A DNA stretch of 32,000 bases from Pseudodesulfovibrio mercurii (GTDB lineage Bacteria; Desulfobacterota; Desulfovibrionia; Desulfovibrionales; Desulfovibrionaceae): positions 510,001-542,000 of the forward strand of contig NC_016803.1 of the NCBI RefSeq assembly GCF_000189295.2, given 5' to 3'. A program made the translations under genes and the position numbers. Of the stretch, positions 1 to 9,081 are shown piece after piece. The notes under the pieces were generated by a model. The model did not search any database. It saw only the letters and a program-made list of their open reading frames with translations, and was not told where the DNA came from. The first letter of the stretch is position 1; each line of letters begins with the position of its first letter.

Positions 1-2
1 TC

Positions 3-1718
3 ATGTCCCGCCCGCCCGTGGTCATCGAGGGCGACAAGACCATGGCCGACGCCGTGGAGCTGATGACCCGCTACGGGCTCAAGGACGTGCCCGTGGTGGC
101 CAAGGACAGCATGCAATGCATCGGCATAATCGGTCATAAAATCGCGGACAAGGCCCTGTCCCACCACCTGGGCGACGTGGGCCTGTCCGAGTACATGACC
201 AGGGCCTTCGAGACCGTGGAGTCCTCGACCGATCTGTACCGGGTCATGGAGATCATCCTGAGCAACCGGCAGCGCATGCTGCCCGTGGTGGAAAACGGCG
301 AACTGGTCGGGGTCATCACCCGCACGGACCTGACCAACATGCTCATCGAGGAGCCCGCCCGCATCCCCGACTCCCTCATGCCGGACCACCGCCGCGAGCG
401 GAACATCGCCTCCCAGGTCAGGAACCGGCTGCCCCAGCGCATGCTCGACCTGCTCAAGGAGGCGGGCGAGCTGGGCACGGACATGGGCTGGGAGGTCTAC
501 GCCGTGGGCGGGTTCGTGCGCGACATCCTGCTCGGTCGGCCCAACCTGGACCTGGACCTGGTGGTCGAGGGCGACGGCATCGCCTTTGCCCGGCGGTTCG
601 CGGCCAAGCTCGGCGGCCGGGTCAAGGCCCACTCCAAGTTCAAGACCGCCGTGGTCATCCTCGACGACGGCCAGCGGGTGGACGTGGCCACGGCCCGGCT
701 GGAATATTACGAATACCCCGCCGCCCTGCCCACGGTGGAGCTGTCGTCCATCAAGATGGACCTGTACCGCCGCGACTTCACGGTCAACGCCCTGGCCCTG
801 CGCATCAACCCCGGCCGTTACGGCCAGCTGGTGGACTTCTTCGGGGCCGAGCGGGACATCCGCAACAAGACCATCCGCGTGCTCCATTCCCTGAGCTTCG
901 TGGAGGACCCGACGCGCATCCTCCGGGCCATCCGCTTCGAGCGGCGCTTCGACTTCCAGATCGGCGGCCAGACCATGCGGCTGATCAAGAACGCCCTCAG
1001 CCTCAAGCTCTTCAGCAAGCTGTCCGGGACCAGGGTCATGCACGAGCTGCAACTGATCATGAACGAGGAGGACCCCCTGGCCTGCCTGTTGCGCATGCAG
1101 GAGCTGGGCATCATGGAGGCCATCCATCCCCTGCTCTCCCTGGACAAGGAGCGGGTCCAGATACTGACCGAGCTGGTCAAGGTCCACAACTGGTACAAGC
1201 TCCTCTATCTGGAGCCCCCGGTGGTCCCCTGGAAACTCTATCTCCTGGGCATGACCATGGGCATCAAGCGGGACCAGATCGACCAGGTGACCGGGCGGCT
1301 GCATTTCACCAGGCGCGAGGAGCGCGACTTCTTCCAGTTGCGGGACCAGATCGGCGAAGCCCTGATGAAACTCATGGGCTGGAAGGAGGGCCGTTCGCGC
1401 CTGAGCCGGTTGTACAAGATCCTCCATCCCCTGCCGGTGGAGGGCATCCTGTTCCTCATGGCGCGCAGCCGAAAGGAATACATTCGGCGGAATATTTCGC
1501 AATATCTCGCCAGGTTGCAGTATGTCGAGATTGAGGTGAACGGCAAGGACCTCAAGAATATCGGCATAGAGCCGGGCCCGATCTACGCGATCATCCTGGA
1601 CAAGCTGATGACCGCCAAGATCGACGGGCGGGCGGAAACCCGGCACGAGCAATTGAATCTGGCGAAAAAATTGAATAAGGAATTATCGGCAAGGTTCGAA
1701 GAGGAGAGCGGAGACTGA
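3..1718 (+). CDS. CBS-domain-containing tRNA nucleotidyltransferase / poly(A) polymerase family protein (5' end outside window)
   Basis: ORF is open to the window edge. Two CBS-like segments (VPVVAKDSMQCIGIIGHKI; MLPVVENGELVGVITRTDL) are followed by the nucleotidyltransferase head motif GGFVRDILLGRPNLDLDLVVEGD and RRDFTVNAL. Strong G/C-ending codon bias. Confidence 0.85.
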   Translation: MSRPPVVIEGDKTMADAVELMTRYGLKDVPVVAKDSMQCIGIIGHKIADKALSHHLGDVGLSEYMTRAFETVESSTDLYRVMEIILSNRQRMLPVVENGELVGVITRTDLTNMLIEEPARIPDSLMPDHRRERNIASQVRNRLPQRMLDLLKEAGELGTDMGWEVYAVGGFVRDILLGRPNLDLDLVVEGDGIAFARRFAAKLGGRVKAHSKFKTAVVILDDGQRVDVATARLEYYEYPAALPTVELSSIKMDLYRRDFTVNALALRINPGRYGQLVDFFGAERDIRNKTIRVLHSLSFVEDPTRILRAIRFERRFDFQIGGQTMRLIKNALSLKLFSKLSGTRVMHELQLIMNEEDPLACLLRMQELGIMEAIHPLLSLDKERVQILTELVKVHNWYKLLYLEPPVVPWKLYLLGMTMGIKRDQIDQVTGRLHFTRREERDFFQLRDQIGEALMKLMGWKEGRSRLSRLYKILHPLPVEGILFLMARSRKEYIRRNISQYLARLQYVEIEVNGKDLKNIGIEPGPIYAIILDKLMTAKIDGRAETRHEQLNLAKKLNKELSARFEEESGD

Positions 1719-1848
1719 TGCTTTCCCCTCTTGCCCTCGGCGGACAAGCCGTGTAGAAAATCAAGATGTTGGTTGGTCCGAGCGGCCGTTTCGGGCGATG
1801 TGCCGAACCTGGGCCGCAACCGGCTTGAAAGACAAACGGAAGTGGATC

Positions 1849-2334
1849 ATGGATGTTTTGTGGGCGCCGTGGCGCCTGGATTATATACTCGGACCCAAGC
1901 CCGAGGAGTGCGTCTTCTGCATTCCCGAGCACACGGACGAGGACGCGGAGCGCTGCATCCTCGCGCGCGGTGAGCACTGTTTCGTGATCATGAACAAGTT
2001 CCCGTACAACAACGGGCACCTCATGGTCACCCCCTACCGTCACGTGGCGCACCTGACGGACCTGACCCTGGAGGAGTCCAATGACTGCATGCTGTGGATA
2101 CGCCGGGCCATCCAGGTGCTGGAGGACGCCTTCCATCCGCAGGGCATCAACATGGGGCTCAACCTGGGCGAGGCGGCCGGTTCCGGCATCGCCCAGCACA
2201 TGCATTTCCAGATCGTCCCCCGCTGGAACGGGGACGCCTCGTTTATGGCCGTCTTCGGCGAGACCACGGTCATCCCCGAACACCTGTATTCAACCTACAG
2301 CCGCCTTAAGCCGCTGTTCGATGCAATAGCGTAA
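1849..2334 (+). CDS. HIT-superfamily nucleotide hydrolase/transferase (HxHxQ variant)
   Basis: Track ORF 1798..2334 trimmed to the ATG at 1849 (MDVLWAPWRLDYILG). Histidine-triad region is GIAQHMHFQIVPRWNGD; FPYNNGHLMV is typical of the Ap4A-phosphorylase/GalT-like HIT branch. Confidence 0.85.
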   Translation: MDVLWAPWRLDYILGPKPEECVFCIPEHTDEDAERCILARGEHCFVIMNKFPYNNGHLMVTPYRHVAHLTDLTLEESNDCMLWIRRAIQVLEDAFHPQGINMGLNLGEAAGSGIAQHMHFQIVPRWNGDASFMAVFGETTVIPEHLYSTYSRLKPLFDAIA

Positions 2335-2344
2335 GGAGAACCAC

Positions 2345-2704
2345 ATGCGTTTTATCAAGGTCCTGTTTCTGTTGGCACTTTTTGTCTTTTCCATTCTGTT
2401 CTTCAGCCAGAACAACGACGTCCTGCTTCAGAACCTGACGCTGATCCTCGATATTCCCTACGTGGCCACCCTGCACTCCATCCCCCTGCCCTTCGGCGTC
2501 CTGATCCTGGCCGCCTTCGTGGCCGGCTCCCTGCTGACCATGATCTATTTCGTGGTGGACAAGTTCCGTGGCGCGGCCAAGCTCAAGGAATGCCGCACCC
2601 GCATGGCCAGCCTGGAGCAGGAGCTCAATTCCCTGCGCAACATGCCCATCAGCGAAGCCCCCTCCTTCGCCTCTCCCGAGACCAAGGAAGAGGACAACGC
2701 CTAG
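2345..2704 (+). CDS. lapA: LapA-family (DUF1049-like) inner-membrane protein
   Basis: 119 aa with two hydrophobic helices (VLFLLALFVFSILFF; LPFGVLILAAFVAGSLLTMIYFVV), then a coiled-coil-like tail (ASLEQELNSLRN). GGAGAA RBS 5 nt upstream of the ATG. Sits directly upstream of a LapB-like gene. Confidence 0.75.
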   Translation: MRFIKVLFLLALFVFSILFFSQNNDVLLQNLTLILDIPYVATLHSIPLPFGVLILAAFVAGSLLTMIYFVVDKFRGAAKLKECRTRMASLEQELNSLRNMPISEAPSFASPETKEEDNA

Positions 2705-2712
2705 GTACCGCC

Positions 2713-3858
2713 ATGGGCTGGAACATCTTCAACCGCAAGAGGACGCCGGGTTCCCTCCGGGACCGCGACAACGCCGCGAACAACGGCGAGTCCCTGCCCG
2801 TGCAGGACACCCGCGCGGCCATCGAGGAACTCAGCAAGGTCGTCCAGAACGACCCCGAGGCGGTTGAAATCTACCTCGCGCTCGGCAGCCTGTACCGATC
2901 CCAGGGCGAGATCGAGCGCGCCATCCAGATTCGGAACAGCCTCATCGTCCGGCCGGGCCTGGACCGCGAGTTCAAGGCCCGCGCCTGGTTCGAGCTGGGT
3001 CGGGACTTCCGCCGGGCCGGGTTCCTGGACCGGGCGGAAAAGGCCTTTCACGAGGCCCGCGCCCTGGGTCAGGACCCCATCTCCATCCACAGGGAGATGG
3101 CCCGGCTCACGGCCGAGCGCGGCGACTTCGAGAAGGCGGCCGAATCCTACGGCCAGCTCGACCTGCCCCTGCCCCAGGCGCACTACCTGGTCCGACTGGC
3201 CAGGGACCGCTTCGCCGAGGGCAACGTCTCCCAGGGCAACCGCGCCCTGCGCCATGCCATCCGGGCCTACCCCGGCGCGGTGGAGGCGTGGCTTGAGCAG
3301 ATGACCCAGGCCTACAGGGCGGGCAACGCGAACAAGATCGGCGACATCCTGGGCCAGGCCCTGGAACGGGTGGTCCCGGAACTGCGCTTCGTCCTGTTCG
3401 AGGGGCTGCTCCTGGCCCTGAGTCAGGCCGAAAAGGCCCGGATCAACTCCTTCGGCGAGGAAACCGAGTGGTCCAGGACCTGCCCGGACGAGAAGGTCGT
3501 CGAGGTGGTGGTGCCCATCATCGAGACCCAGGAGCCGGACGTCCTGCTGCTCTACTACGGGGCCATGCTCATGCTGCGCGTGGAGGACACGGACAACGCC
3601 CGGTCCTGGTTCGAGAAGGCGCTCATGCTCGACGCCGACTTCTGGCAGGCGCGCCTGGAGCTGTTCGACCTCTCCAGGGCGGACCAGACCCTGACGCCCT
3701 TCTTCAAGGAACAGCTGTCCTTCTTCATCGGCCGGGCCCGGCGGGTGCGCCGGTTCTTCTGCCGTCACTGCGGCCTGAAGCGCGACCAGCTCTTCTTCAA
3801 CTGCCCGCGCTGCCACAGCTGGCACTCCATCGCCTTTCGAACCGACATCACCGAATAA
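2713..3858 (+). CDS. lapB: LapB/YciM-like TPR protein with C-terminal rubredoxin-type zinc finger
   Basis: Track ORF 2590..3858 trimmed to the ATG at 2713 (MGWNIFNRK). LALGSLYRSQGEIERAIQIRNSLI resembles E. coli LapB LTLGNLFRSRGEVDRAIRIH. C-terminal CRHCG-x12-CPRCHSW CxxC...CxxC motif. Confidence 0.8.
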   Translation: MGWNIFNRKRTPGSLRDRDNAANNGESLPVQDTRAAIEELSKVVQNDPEAVEIYLALGSLYRSQGEIERAIQIRNSLIVRPGLDREFKARAWFELGRDFRRAGFLDRAEKAFHEARALGQDPISIHREMARLTAERGDFEKAAESYGQLDLPLPQAHYLVRLARDRFAEGNVSQGNRALRHAIRAYPGAVEAWLEQMTQAYRAGNANKIGDILGQALERVVPELRFVLFEGLLLALSQAEKARINSFGEETEWSRTCPDEKVVEVVVPIIETQEPDVLLLYYGAMLMLRVEDTDNARSWFEKALMLDADFWQARLELFDLSRADQTLTPFFKEQLSFFIGRARRVRRFFCRHCGLKRDQLFFNCPRCHSWHSIAFRTDITE

Positions 3859-3879
3859 ATTCCCCGCACCGACGTTCTC

Positions 3880-6510
3880 GTGGTACAAAAGAAACTGACG
3901 CCCATGCTCGAGCAGTACCTCCGCTTCAAGGAGGAGCATCCGGGCTGCCTGCTCTTTTTCCGCATGGGCGACTTCTACGAACTCTTCTTCGAGGACGCCG
4001 AGGTCGTGTCCAGAGCGGTCCAGATCGCCCTGACCAGCCGCAATCCCAACGACGAGAACCCCATCCCCATGTGCGGCATGCCCCACCACGCGGTGGAGCC
4101 GTACCTGAGCCAGCTGCTCGACAAGGGCTACAAGATCGCCATCTGTGATCAGATCGAGGATCCCAAGGAAGCCAAGGGGTTGGTCAAGCGCGACGTGACC
4201 CGCGTGCTCACGCCCGGCACCGTGGTCGAGGACTCCAACCTGCGGTCCAAGGCCAACAACTATCTCGGCGCGTTCTACTGGGACAGCGCCAAGGACGCGG
4301 GCGGCATCGCCTGGCTCGACTTCTCCACGGGCCAGTGGTCCGGGCTATACAGCCGCAAGGAGCCCGAGCTGTGGCAGTGGATGGTCAAGATCGACCCGAG
4401 CGAGTTGCTCCTGCCCCAGGGCGTCAAGGTCCCGCCGCAGTTCAACGACCTGGCGGGCCAGGTCACGGCCGTGGCGCCGGGCACCTTCTTCGATCTGGCC
4501 GGAGCGCGCAACCGCATCCTGGAGGCCCAGCACGCGGCGGACCTGGACAGCCTCGGCCTGCAGGGCAAGAACGAGCTGGTCCGGGCCTGCGGCGCCCTGC
4601 TCACCTACCTGGACCAGACCCAGAAGGGCGAATTCGGCCACCTGGGCGAGTTCCGGCCGCTGAACCTCGGCAAACACCTGCTGCTGGACGAGGTCACGGA
4701 GCGCAATCTCGAAATTTTCCGCCGCCTGGACGGCCGGTCCGGCCCCGGCACCCTGTGGCAGGTCATGGACCGGACCATGACGCCCATGGGCGGACGCCTG
4801 CTCGAGGCCCGTCTGCGCCAGCCGTGGCGCAATCTCGCGCCCATCGAGAAGACCCAGGAGTGCGTGGCCTTCCTGTTTGAGCGCGACCGGCTGCGCGGCG
4901 ACGTGCGCCACGCCCTGGACTCGGTCTACGACCTGGAGCGGCTGTCCACGCGCATCTTCCTGGGCCGGGCCAATCCCAAGGATTTCATCGCCCTGCGCCG
5001 CAGCCTGTCCATGCTTCCCCGGCTCCATTCACTGCTGGCCGGGGAGGACCTGGACCCGGCCCCGGACCTGAAGCGCATCCTCGCCAAGTGGGACGCCATG
5101 GACGACCTCTGCGCCCTGCTGGACAAGGCCCTGGTGGACACCCCCCCGCCCGTGATCACGGACGGCGGCCTGTTCCGCAAGGGGTTCGACCCGGTGCTCG
5201 ACGAGCTCATCGAACTCAACGAGCACGGCGAGGACCGCCTCAAGGCACTGCACCGGGCCGAGCTGGCCAAGAACGACATTCCCAAGCTCAAGCTCGGCTT
5301 CAACAAGGTCTTCGGCTACTTCTTCGAGGTCTCCAAGGCGTACAAGGGCCAGGTGCCGGACCATTTCATCCGCCGCCAGACCCTGGTCAACAGCGAGCGC
5401 TACATCACGCCCGAACTGAAGGAACTCGAGGACAAGATCATCTCCGCGTCCGAGGAGCGCAAGAGCCTGGAATACAAGCTCTTCCAGGAGCTGCGCGAGC
5501 ACCTGGCCAAGGCCCGGTCCCGGTTCCTGTTCATGGCCGACGCCATCGCCTCCCTGGACTACTGGCAGGGGCTGGCCGAGGCCGCGCGGGTCAACGAGTG
5601 GACCCGGCCGGTGCTGCACGACGGGCTCGAGATAGAAATCGAACAGGGCCGCCATCCGGTGGTCGAGGCGGCCATGGGCGCGGCCAACTACATCCCCGGC
5701 GACCTGCGCATGGACCAGGGCCGCCGCATCCTGCTCATCACCGGCCCGAACATGGCGGGCAAATCCACGGTCCTGCGCCAGGTGGCGATCATGACCATCA
5801 TGGCCCAGATCGGCTCCTTCGTCCCGGCCCGCAGCGCGCGCATCGGGCTGGCGGACCGCGTCTTTTCCCGAGTGGGGGCCTCGGACAACCTGGCCCAGGG
5901 CCACTCCACCTTCATGGTCGAGATGACCGAGACCGCGCGCATCCTCCGCCAGGCGGGCAAACGCAGCCTGGTCATCCTGGACGAGATCGGGCGCGGCACC
6001 AGCACCTACGACGGGCTGTCCCTGGCCTGGGCCGTGGTCGAGGAACTGTCCACCCGGGCGGGCGGCTCGGTGCGCACCCTGTTCGCCACCCACTACCATG
6101 AGCTGACCGGCCTGGAAGGCAAGATCGACGGGTTGCGCAACCTGAACATCGCGGTCAAGGAGTGGAAAGGGGATATCGTGTTTTTACGCAGGCTTGTGCC
6201 CGGTCCGGCCGACCGCAGCTACGGCATCGAGGTGGCCCGGCTGGCCGGGGTGCCCCGCCCCGTGGTGGAGCGCGCCCGGGAAATCCTTGCGGAACTGGAA
6301 GAAAAATCGCAGGATAACCAAGCAAAAGGGGCCGTGGACCGGGCGTCCCAGACCCTGTTGCCAGGCTTCGGCGCACCGCCCATCAAGATCGACCGCGAGC
6401 TGTGCGAGCATCCGATCATCACCCAGCTCACGGACCTGGACGTGGACGGCATGACGCCCATCCAGGCGCTGATGCTCCTCAACCAATGGAAGGACATGAT
6501 CAAGGACTAG
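3880..6510 (+). CDS. mutS: DNA mismatch repair protein MutS
   Basis: 876 aa with a GTG start. N-terminal LTPMLEQYLRFKEEHPGCLLFFRMGDFYELFFEDA, Walker A GPNMAGKST, and DEIGRGTSTYDGLSLAWAV. Confidence 0.97.
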   Translation: MVQKKLTPMLEQYLRFKEEHPGCLLFFRMGDFYELFFEDAEVVSRAVQIALTSRNPNDENPIPMCGMPHHAVEPYLSQLLDKGYKIAICDQIEDPKEAKGLVKRDVTRVLTPGTVVEDSNLRSKANNYLGAFYWDSAKDAGGIAWLDFSTGQWSGLYSRKEPELWQWMVKIDPSELLLPQGVKVPPQFNDLAGQVTAVAPGTFFDLAGARNRILEAQHAADLDSLGLQGKNELVRACGALLTYLDQTQKGEFGHLGEFRPLNLGKHLLLDEVTERNLEIFRRLDGRSGPGTLWQVMDRTMTPMGGRLLEARLRQPWRNLAPIEKTQECVAFLFERDRLRGDVRHALDSVYDLERLSTRIFLGRANPKDFIALRRSLSMLPRLHSLLAGEDLDPAPDLKRILAKWDAMDDLCALLDKALVDTPPPVITDGGLFRKGFDPVLDELIELNEHGEDRLKALHRAELAKNDIPKLKLGFNKVFGYFFEVSKAYKGQVPDHFIRRQTLVNSERYITPELKELEDKIISASEERKSLEYKLFQELREHLAKARSRFLFMADAIASLDYWQGLAEAARVNEWTRPVLHDGLEIEIEQGRHPVVEAAMGAANYIPGDLRMDQGRRILLITGPNMAGKSTVLRQVAIMTIMAQIGSFVPARSARIGLADRVFSRVGASDNLAQGHSTFMVEMTETARILRQAGKRSLVILDEIGRGTSTYDGLSLAWAVVEELSTRAGGSVRTLFATHYHELTGLEGKIDGLRNLNIAVKEWKGDIVFLRRLVPGPADRSYGIEVARLAGVPRPVVERAREILAELEEKSQDNQAKGAVDRASQTLLPGFGAPPIKIDRELCEHPIITQLTDLDVDGMTPIQALMLLNQWKDMIKD

Positions 6511-6512
6511 CC

Positions 6513-6959
6513 ATGCGCAAATCCCTCGTCGCCACTACCCTCCTCCTCCTCTGCCTGGTCCTGCTGGCCGGATGCGCCATGGGCCGCAAGCAATGGCCCG
6601 AGGCGACCCGGAGCCAGGACCGCTTCACCCTGAAGCTCATCGACGGCGAACGCGTGGACCGGTGCCTGCTCCTGCGGGTGGCCGTGAGCGGTTCGGTGGA
6701 CCGGTTGTGGCGCGCCAGCGTGCTCTTTGAGGCCGTGGGCGACGGCGAGGACCAGGGGTGCGTGGGCTGTCCGTTCGTGCCGCGCGAGGCGCAGCACTTC
6801 ACCCGGGGCCAGGACGGCTTCGACCTTGAGGGCAACGTCCTCAGGCTGAACATCTGCGGGCTTGAGCCCGGCGTGGAATACCGCTTCAGGGTGTCCGGCA
6901 AGAGCGAGATCCCGACCATGGCCGTGCAGTACACCGACGTGTACATGTCCGAGCCCTGA
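6513..6959 (+). CDS. Lipoprotein of unknown function
   Basis: Track ORF 6402..6959 trimmed to the ATG at 6513, 2 nt after the mutS stop. Signal peptide plus lipobox MRKSLVATTLLLLCLVLLAG|C. No family recognised. Confidence 0.65.
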   Translation: MRKSLVATTLLLLCLVLLAGCAMGRKQWPEATRSQDRFTLKLIDGERVDRCLLLRVAVSGSVDRLWRASVLFEAVGDGEDQGCVGCPFVPREAQHFTRGQDGFDLEGNVLRLNICGLEPGVEYRFRVSGKSEIPTMAVQYTDVYMSEP

Positions 6960-7053
6960 GGCGCGGGCCGGTTTCATATGGGAAAAGTATTGGATGATAT
7001 CATTCCATACGGCGTATTGATCCCCATACATCTTTATCAGGAGATCGAATAAC

Positions 7054-8292
7054 ATGCATCATTTCCAACAACGGGACGGCGTACTGTTTGCCGAAGAGGT
7101 CAGCGTGACCGCACTGGCCAAGCAGTACTGCACCCCGCTTTATATCTACTCCGCCGCCACCTTCCGGCGGCATTTCCACGCCTTTGACTCCGCCTTCGAT
7201 GCCCTGGACCACCTGACCTGCTTCTCGGTCAAGGCCAACTCCAACCTGGCCGTGCTCAAGATGCTGGCCGCCGAGGGCGCGGGCATGGACATCGTCTCGG
7301 GCGGCGAACTCTACCGCGCCCTCCAGGCCGGGGTGGACCCGAGCCGCATCGTCTATTCCGGCGTGGGCAAGCGGGATTCCGAAATCCGCGAGGCCCTGGA
7401 GGCGCGCATCCTGATGTTCAACGTGGAGTCCCTGGCCGAGCTTGAACGCATCGACCAGGTGGCCGGCGAGATGGGCACCACGGCGCGCGTCAGCTTCCGC
7501 ATCAACCCGGACGTGGACCCGCAGACCCACCCGTACATCTCCACGGGCATGCAGAAGAACAAGTTCGGCCTGGACATCGACATGTCCATGCAGGCCTACA
7601 AGCGGGCCGCCGAACTTAAGCACGTGGAGCCCGTGGGCATGGACTGCCACATCGGTTCCCAGCTGACCAGCCTGGACCCGTTCCTCGAGGCCCTGGACAA
7701 GCTCCTGGCCTTCAACGCGCGGCTCAAGGATCTGGGTATCGAGATCAAGTACCTGGACCTGGGCGGCGGCCTGGGCATCCCCTACAACGAGGAGGAGCCG
7801 CCCCACCCCGCCGAGTTCGGCAAGGCCCTGAGCGACAAGCTCAAGGGGCTGCCCCTCAAGGTCATCCTGGAACCGGGCCGGGTCATCGCCGGCAACGCGG
7901 GCATCCTGGTCACCGAGGTGGTCTACACCAAGTCCAACCCGGCCAAGAACTTTCTCATCGTGGACGCGGCCATGAACGACCTGGTCCGCCCGAGCCTGTA
8001 CGGCTCCTACCACCGCATCGCCGAGGTGGAGCCCAAGGGCCGCGCGCCCAAGGTCTTCGACGTGGTCGGGCCCATCTGCGAGTCCGGCGACTTCCTGGCC
8101 CGTGACCGCGAGCTGCCCGAGGTCATGCAGGGCGAGCTGCTGGTCGTCTACTCGGCCGGGGCCTACGGTTTCTCCATGTCCTCCAACTACAACTCCCGGC
8201 CGCGCGCCTGCGAATTGCTCGTGGACGGCGACAAGGTCATTGTCGCCCGCAGGCGGGAGACATATGATGATCTCCTAATGAACGAACTCTAG
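7054..8292 (+). CDS. lysA: Diaminopimelate decarboxylase
   Basis: 412 aa with PLP-lysine region FSVKANSNLAVL, GGGLGIPY, EPGRVIAGNAG and CESGD. GGAGA RBS upstream. Confidence 0.95.
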   Translation: MHHFQQRDGVLFAEEVSVTALAKQYCTPLYIYSAATFRRHFHAFDSAFDALDHLTCFSVKANSNLAVLKMLAAEGAGMDIVSGGELYRALQAGVDPSRIVYSGVGKRDSEIREALEARILMFNVESLAELERIDQVAGEMGTTARVSFRINPDVDPQTHPYISTGMQKNKFGLDIDMSMQAYKRAAELKHVEPVGMDCHIGSQLTSLDPFLEALDKLLAFNARLKDLGIEIKYLDLGGGLGIPYNEEEPPHPAEFGKALSDKLKGLPLKVILEPGRVIAGNAGILVTEVVYTKSNPAKNFLIVDAAMNDLVRPSLYGSYHRIAEVEPKGRAPKVFDVVGPICESGDFLARDRELPEVMQGELLVVYSAGAYGFSMSSNYNSRPRACELLVDGDKVIVARRRETYDDLLMNEL

Positions 8293-8299
8293 CTTCCGG

Positions 8300-8330
8300 G
8301 GGCCGGGGGTTCGCCTCCGGCCCTTTTTTT
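8300..8330 (+). terminator. Intrinsic terminator after lysA
   Basis: GGGCCGGGGG (8300-8309) pairs with CCTCCGGCCC (8314-8323) with one G-T wobble. TTCG tetraloop, followed by T7 (8324-8330). Confidence 0.85.
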
Positions 8331-8340
8331 CAGGTTGTCC

Positions 8341-9081
8341 ATGGCGCGATTGAACACCTTTTTCCTGTCCCCGGACCAGTGGCCCGCCGTCGCGGGCGAC
8401 GTGGTCGTGCTGAGCGGCCCTGAGGCACGGCACATGGGCACCATCCTGCGCACCGAGAGATCCCAGACCGTCCGGCTCTTTGACGGCCATGGGCGCGACG
8501 GGCTGTTCACGGTGCGCGACATCGCCAAAAACCGGGCGGAGCTTGAGGCCCTGGAACTGGCCGAGCACCCGGCGTCCGCGACCGGCCTGACCCTGGCCAT
8601 CGGCTGGGGCAAGTCCAAGCGGCGCGACTATCTCCTCGAAAAAACTGTGGAATTGCAGGGCGCTGGGCTGATCTTCTGGCAGGCCGCACGCAGTCAGGGC
8701 AGCCTGCCCGACGATCCCAAGGAGACCTGGACCGAGAAGTTCGTCCAGGCGGCCAAACAGTGCGGGGCCGTGTGGTTGCCGGAGCTGGACACGGTCTCCG
8801 GCGGTGTGGACGGGCTCATCCCCCTGGCCGGGCGGTTCGATCACTGCTACCTGGCCTGGGAGGCCGAGGAGGCGGTCACGCCCCTTTCGCCCGTCATGCT
8901 TTCCAAAGGGCGCACTCTTGTAGTAATCGGACCGGAAGGCGGCTTCGACCCCGATGAAGCGGACCGGCTGGTCCGGGCCGGGTTCGGCCCGGTGACCCTC
9001 GGGCCCTCCATCCTGCGCTGGGAGACCGCCGCCGTGTATTGCTTGAGTCTCGCCATGTTCGGCGCACAGGACCGCTCATGA
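8341..9081 (+). CDS. rsmE: 16S rRNA (uracil1498-N3)-methyltransferase RsmE
   Basis: Track ORF starts at TTG 8335; the ATG at 8341 is preferred. Has RLFDGHGRDG, the C-terminal SPOUT motif VIGPEGGFDPDE, and LGPSILRWETA. Confidence 0.85.
   Translation: MARLNTFFLSPDQWPAVAGDVVVLSGPEARHMGTILRTERSQTVRLFDGHGRDGLFTVRDIAKNRAELEALELAEHPASATGLTLAIGWGKSKRRDYLLEKTVELQGAGLIFWQAARSQGSLPDDPKETWTEKFVQAAKQCGAVWLPELDTVSGGVDGLIPLAGRFDHCYLAWEAEEAVTPLSPVMLSKGRTLVVIGPEGGFDPDEADRLVRAGFGPVTLGPSILRWETAAVYCLSLAMFGAQDRS

Noticed and set aside
2701-4089. 462-aa - strand ORF
   Set aside because: It is antisense to lapB and the start of mutS, with low-complexity Gly/Leu/Val/Glu/Ala composition.
5141-5147. C7 run inside mutS as a possible mutator phase switch
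   Set aside because: It encodes a Pro-Pro-Pro stretch, is only 7 nt long, and is expected by chance in a GC-rich gene. There is no evidence of variability from a single sequence.
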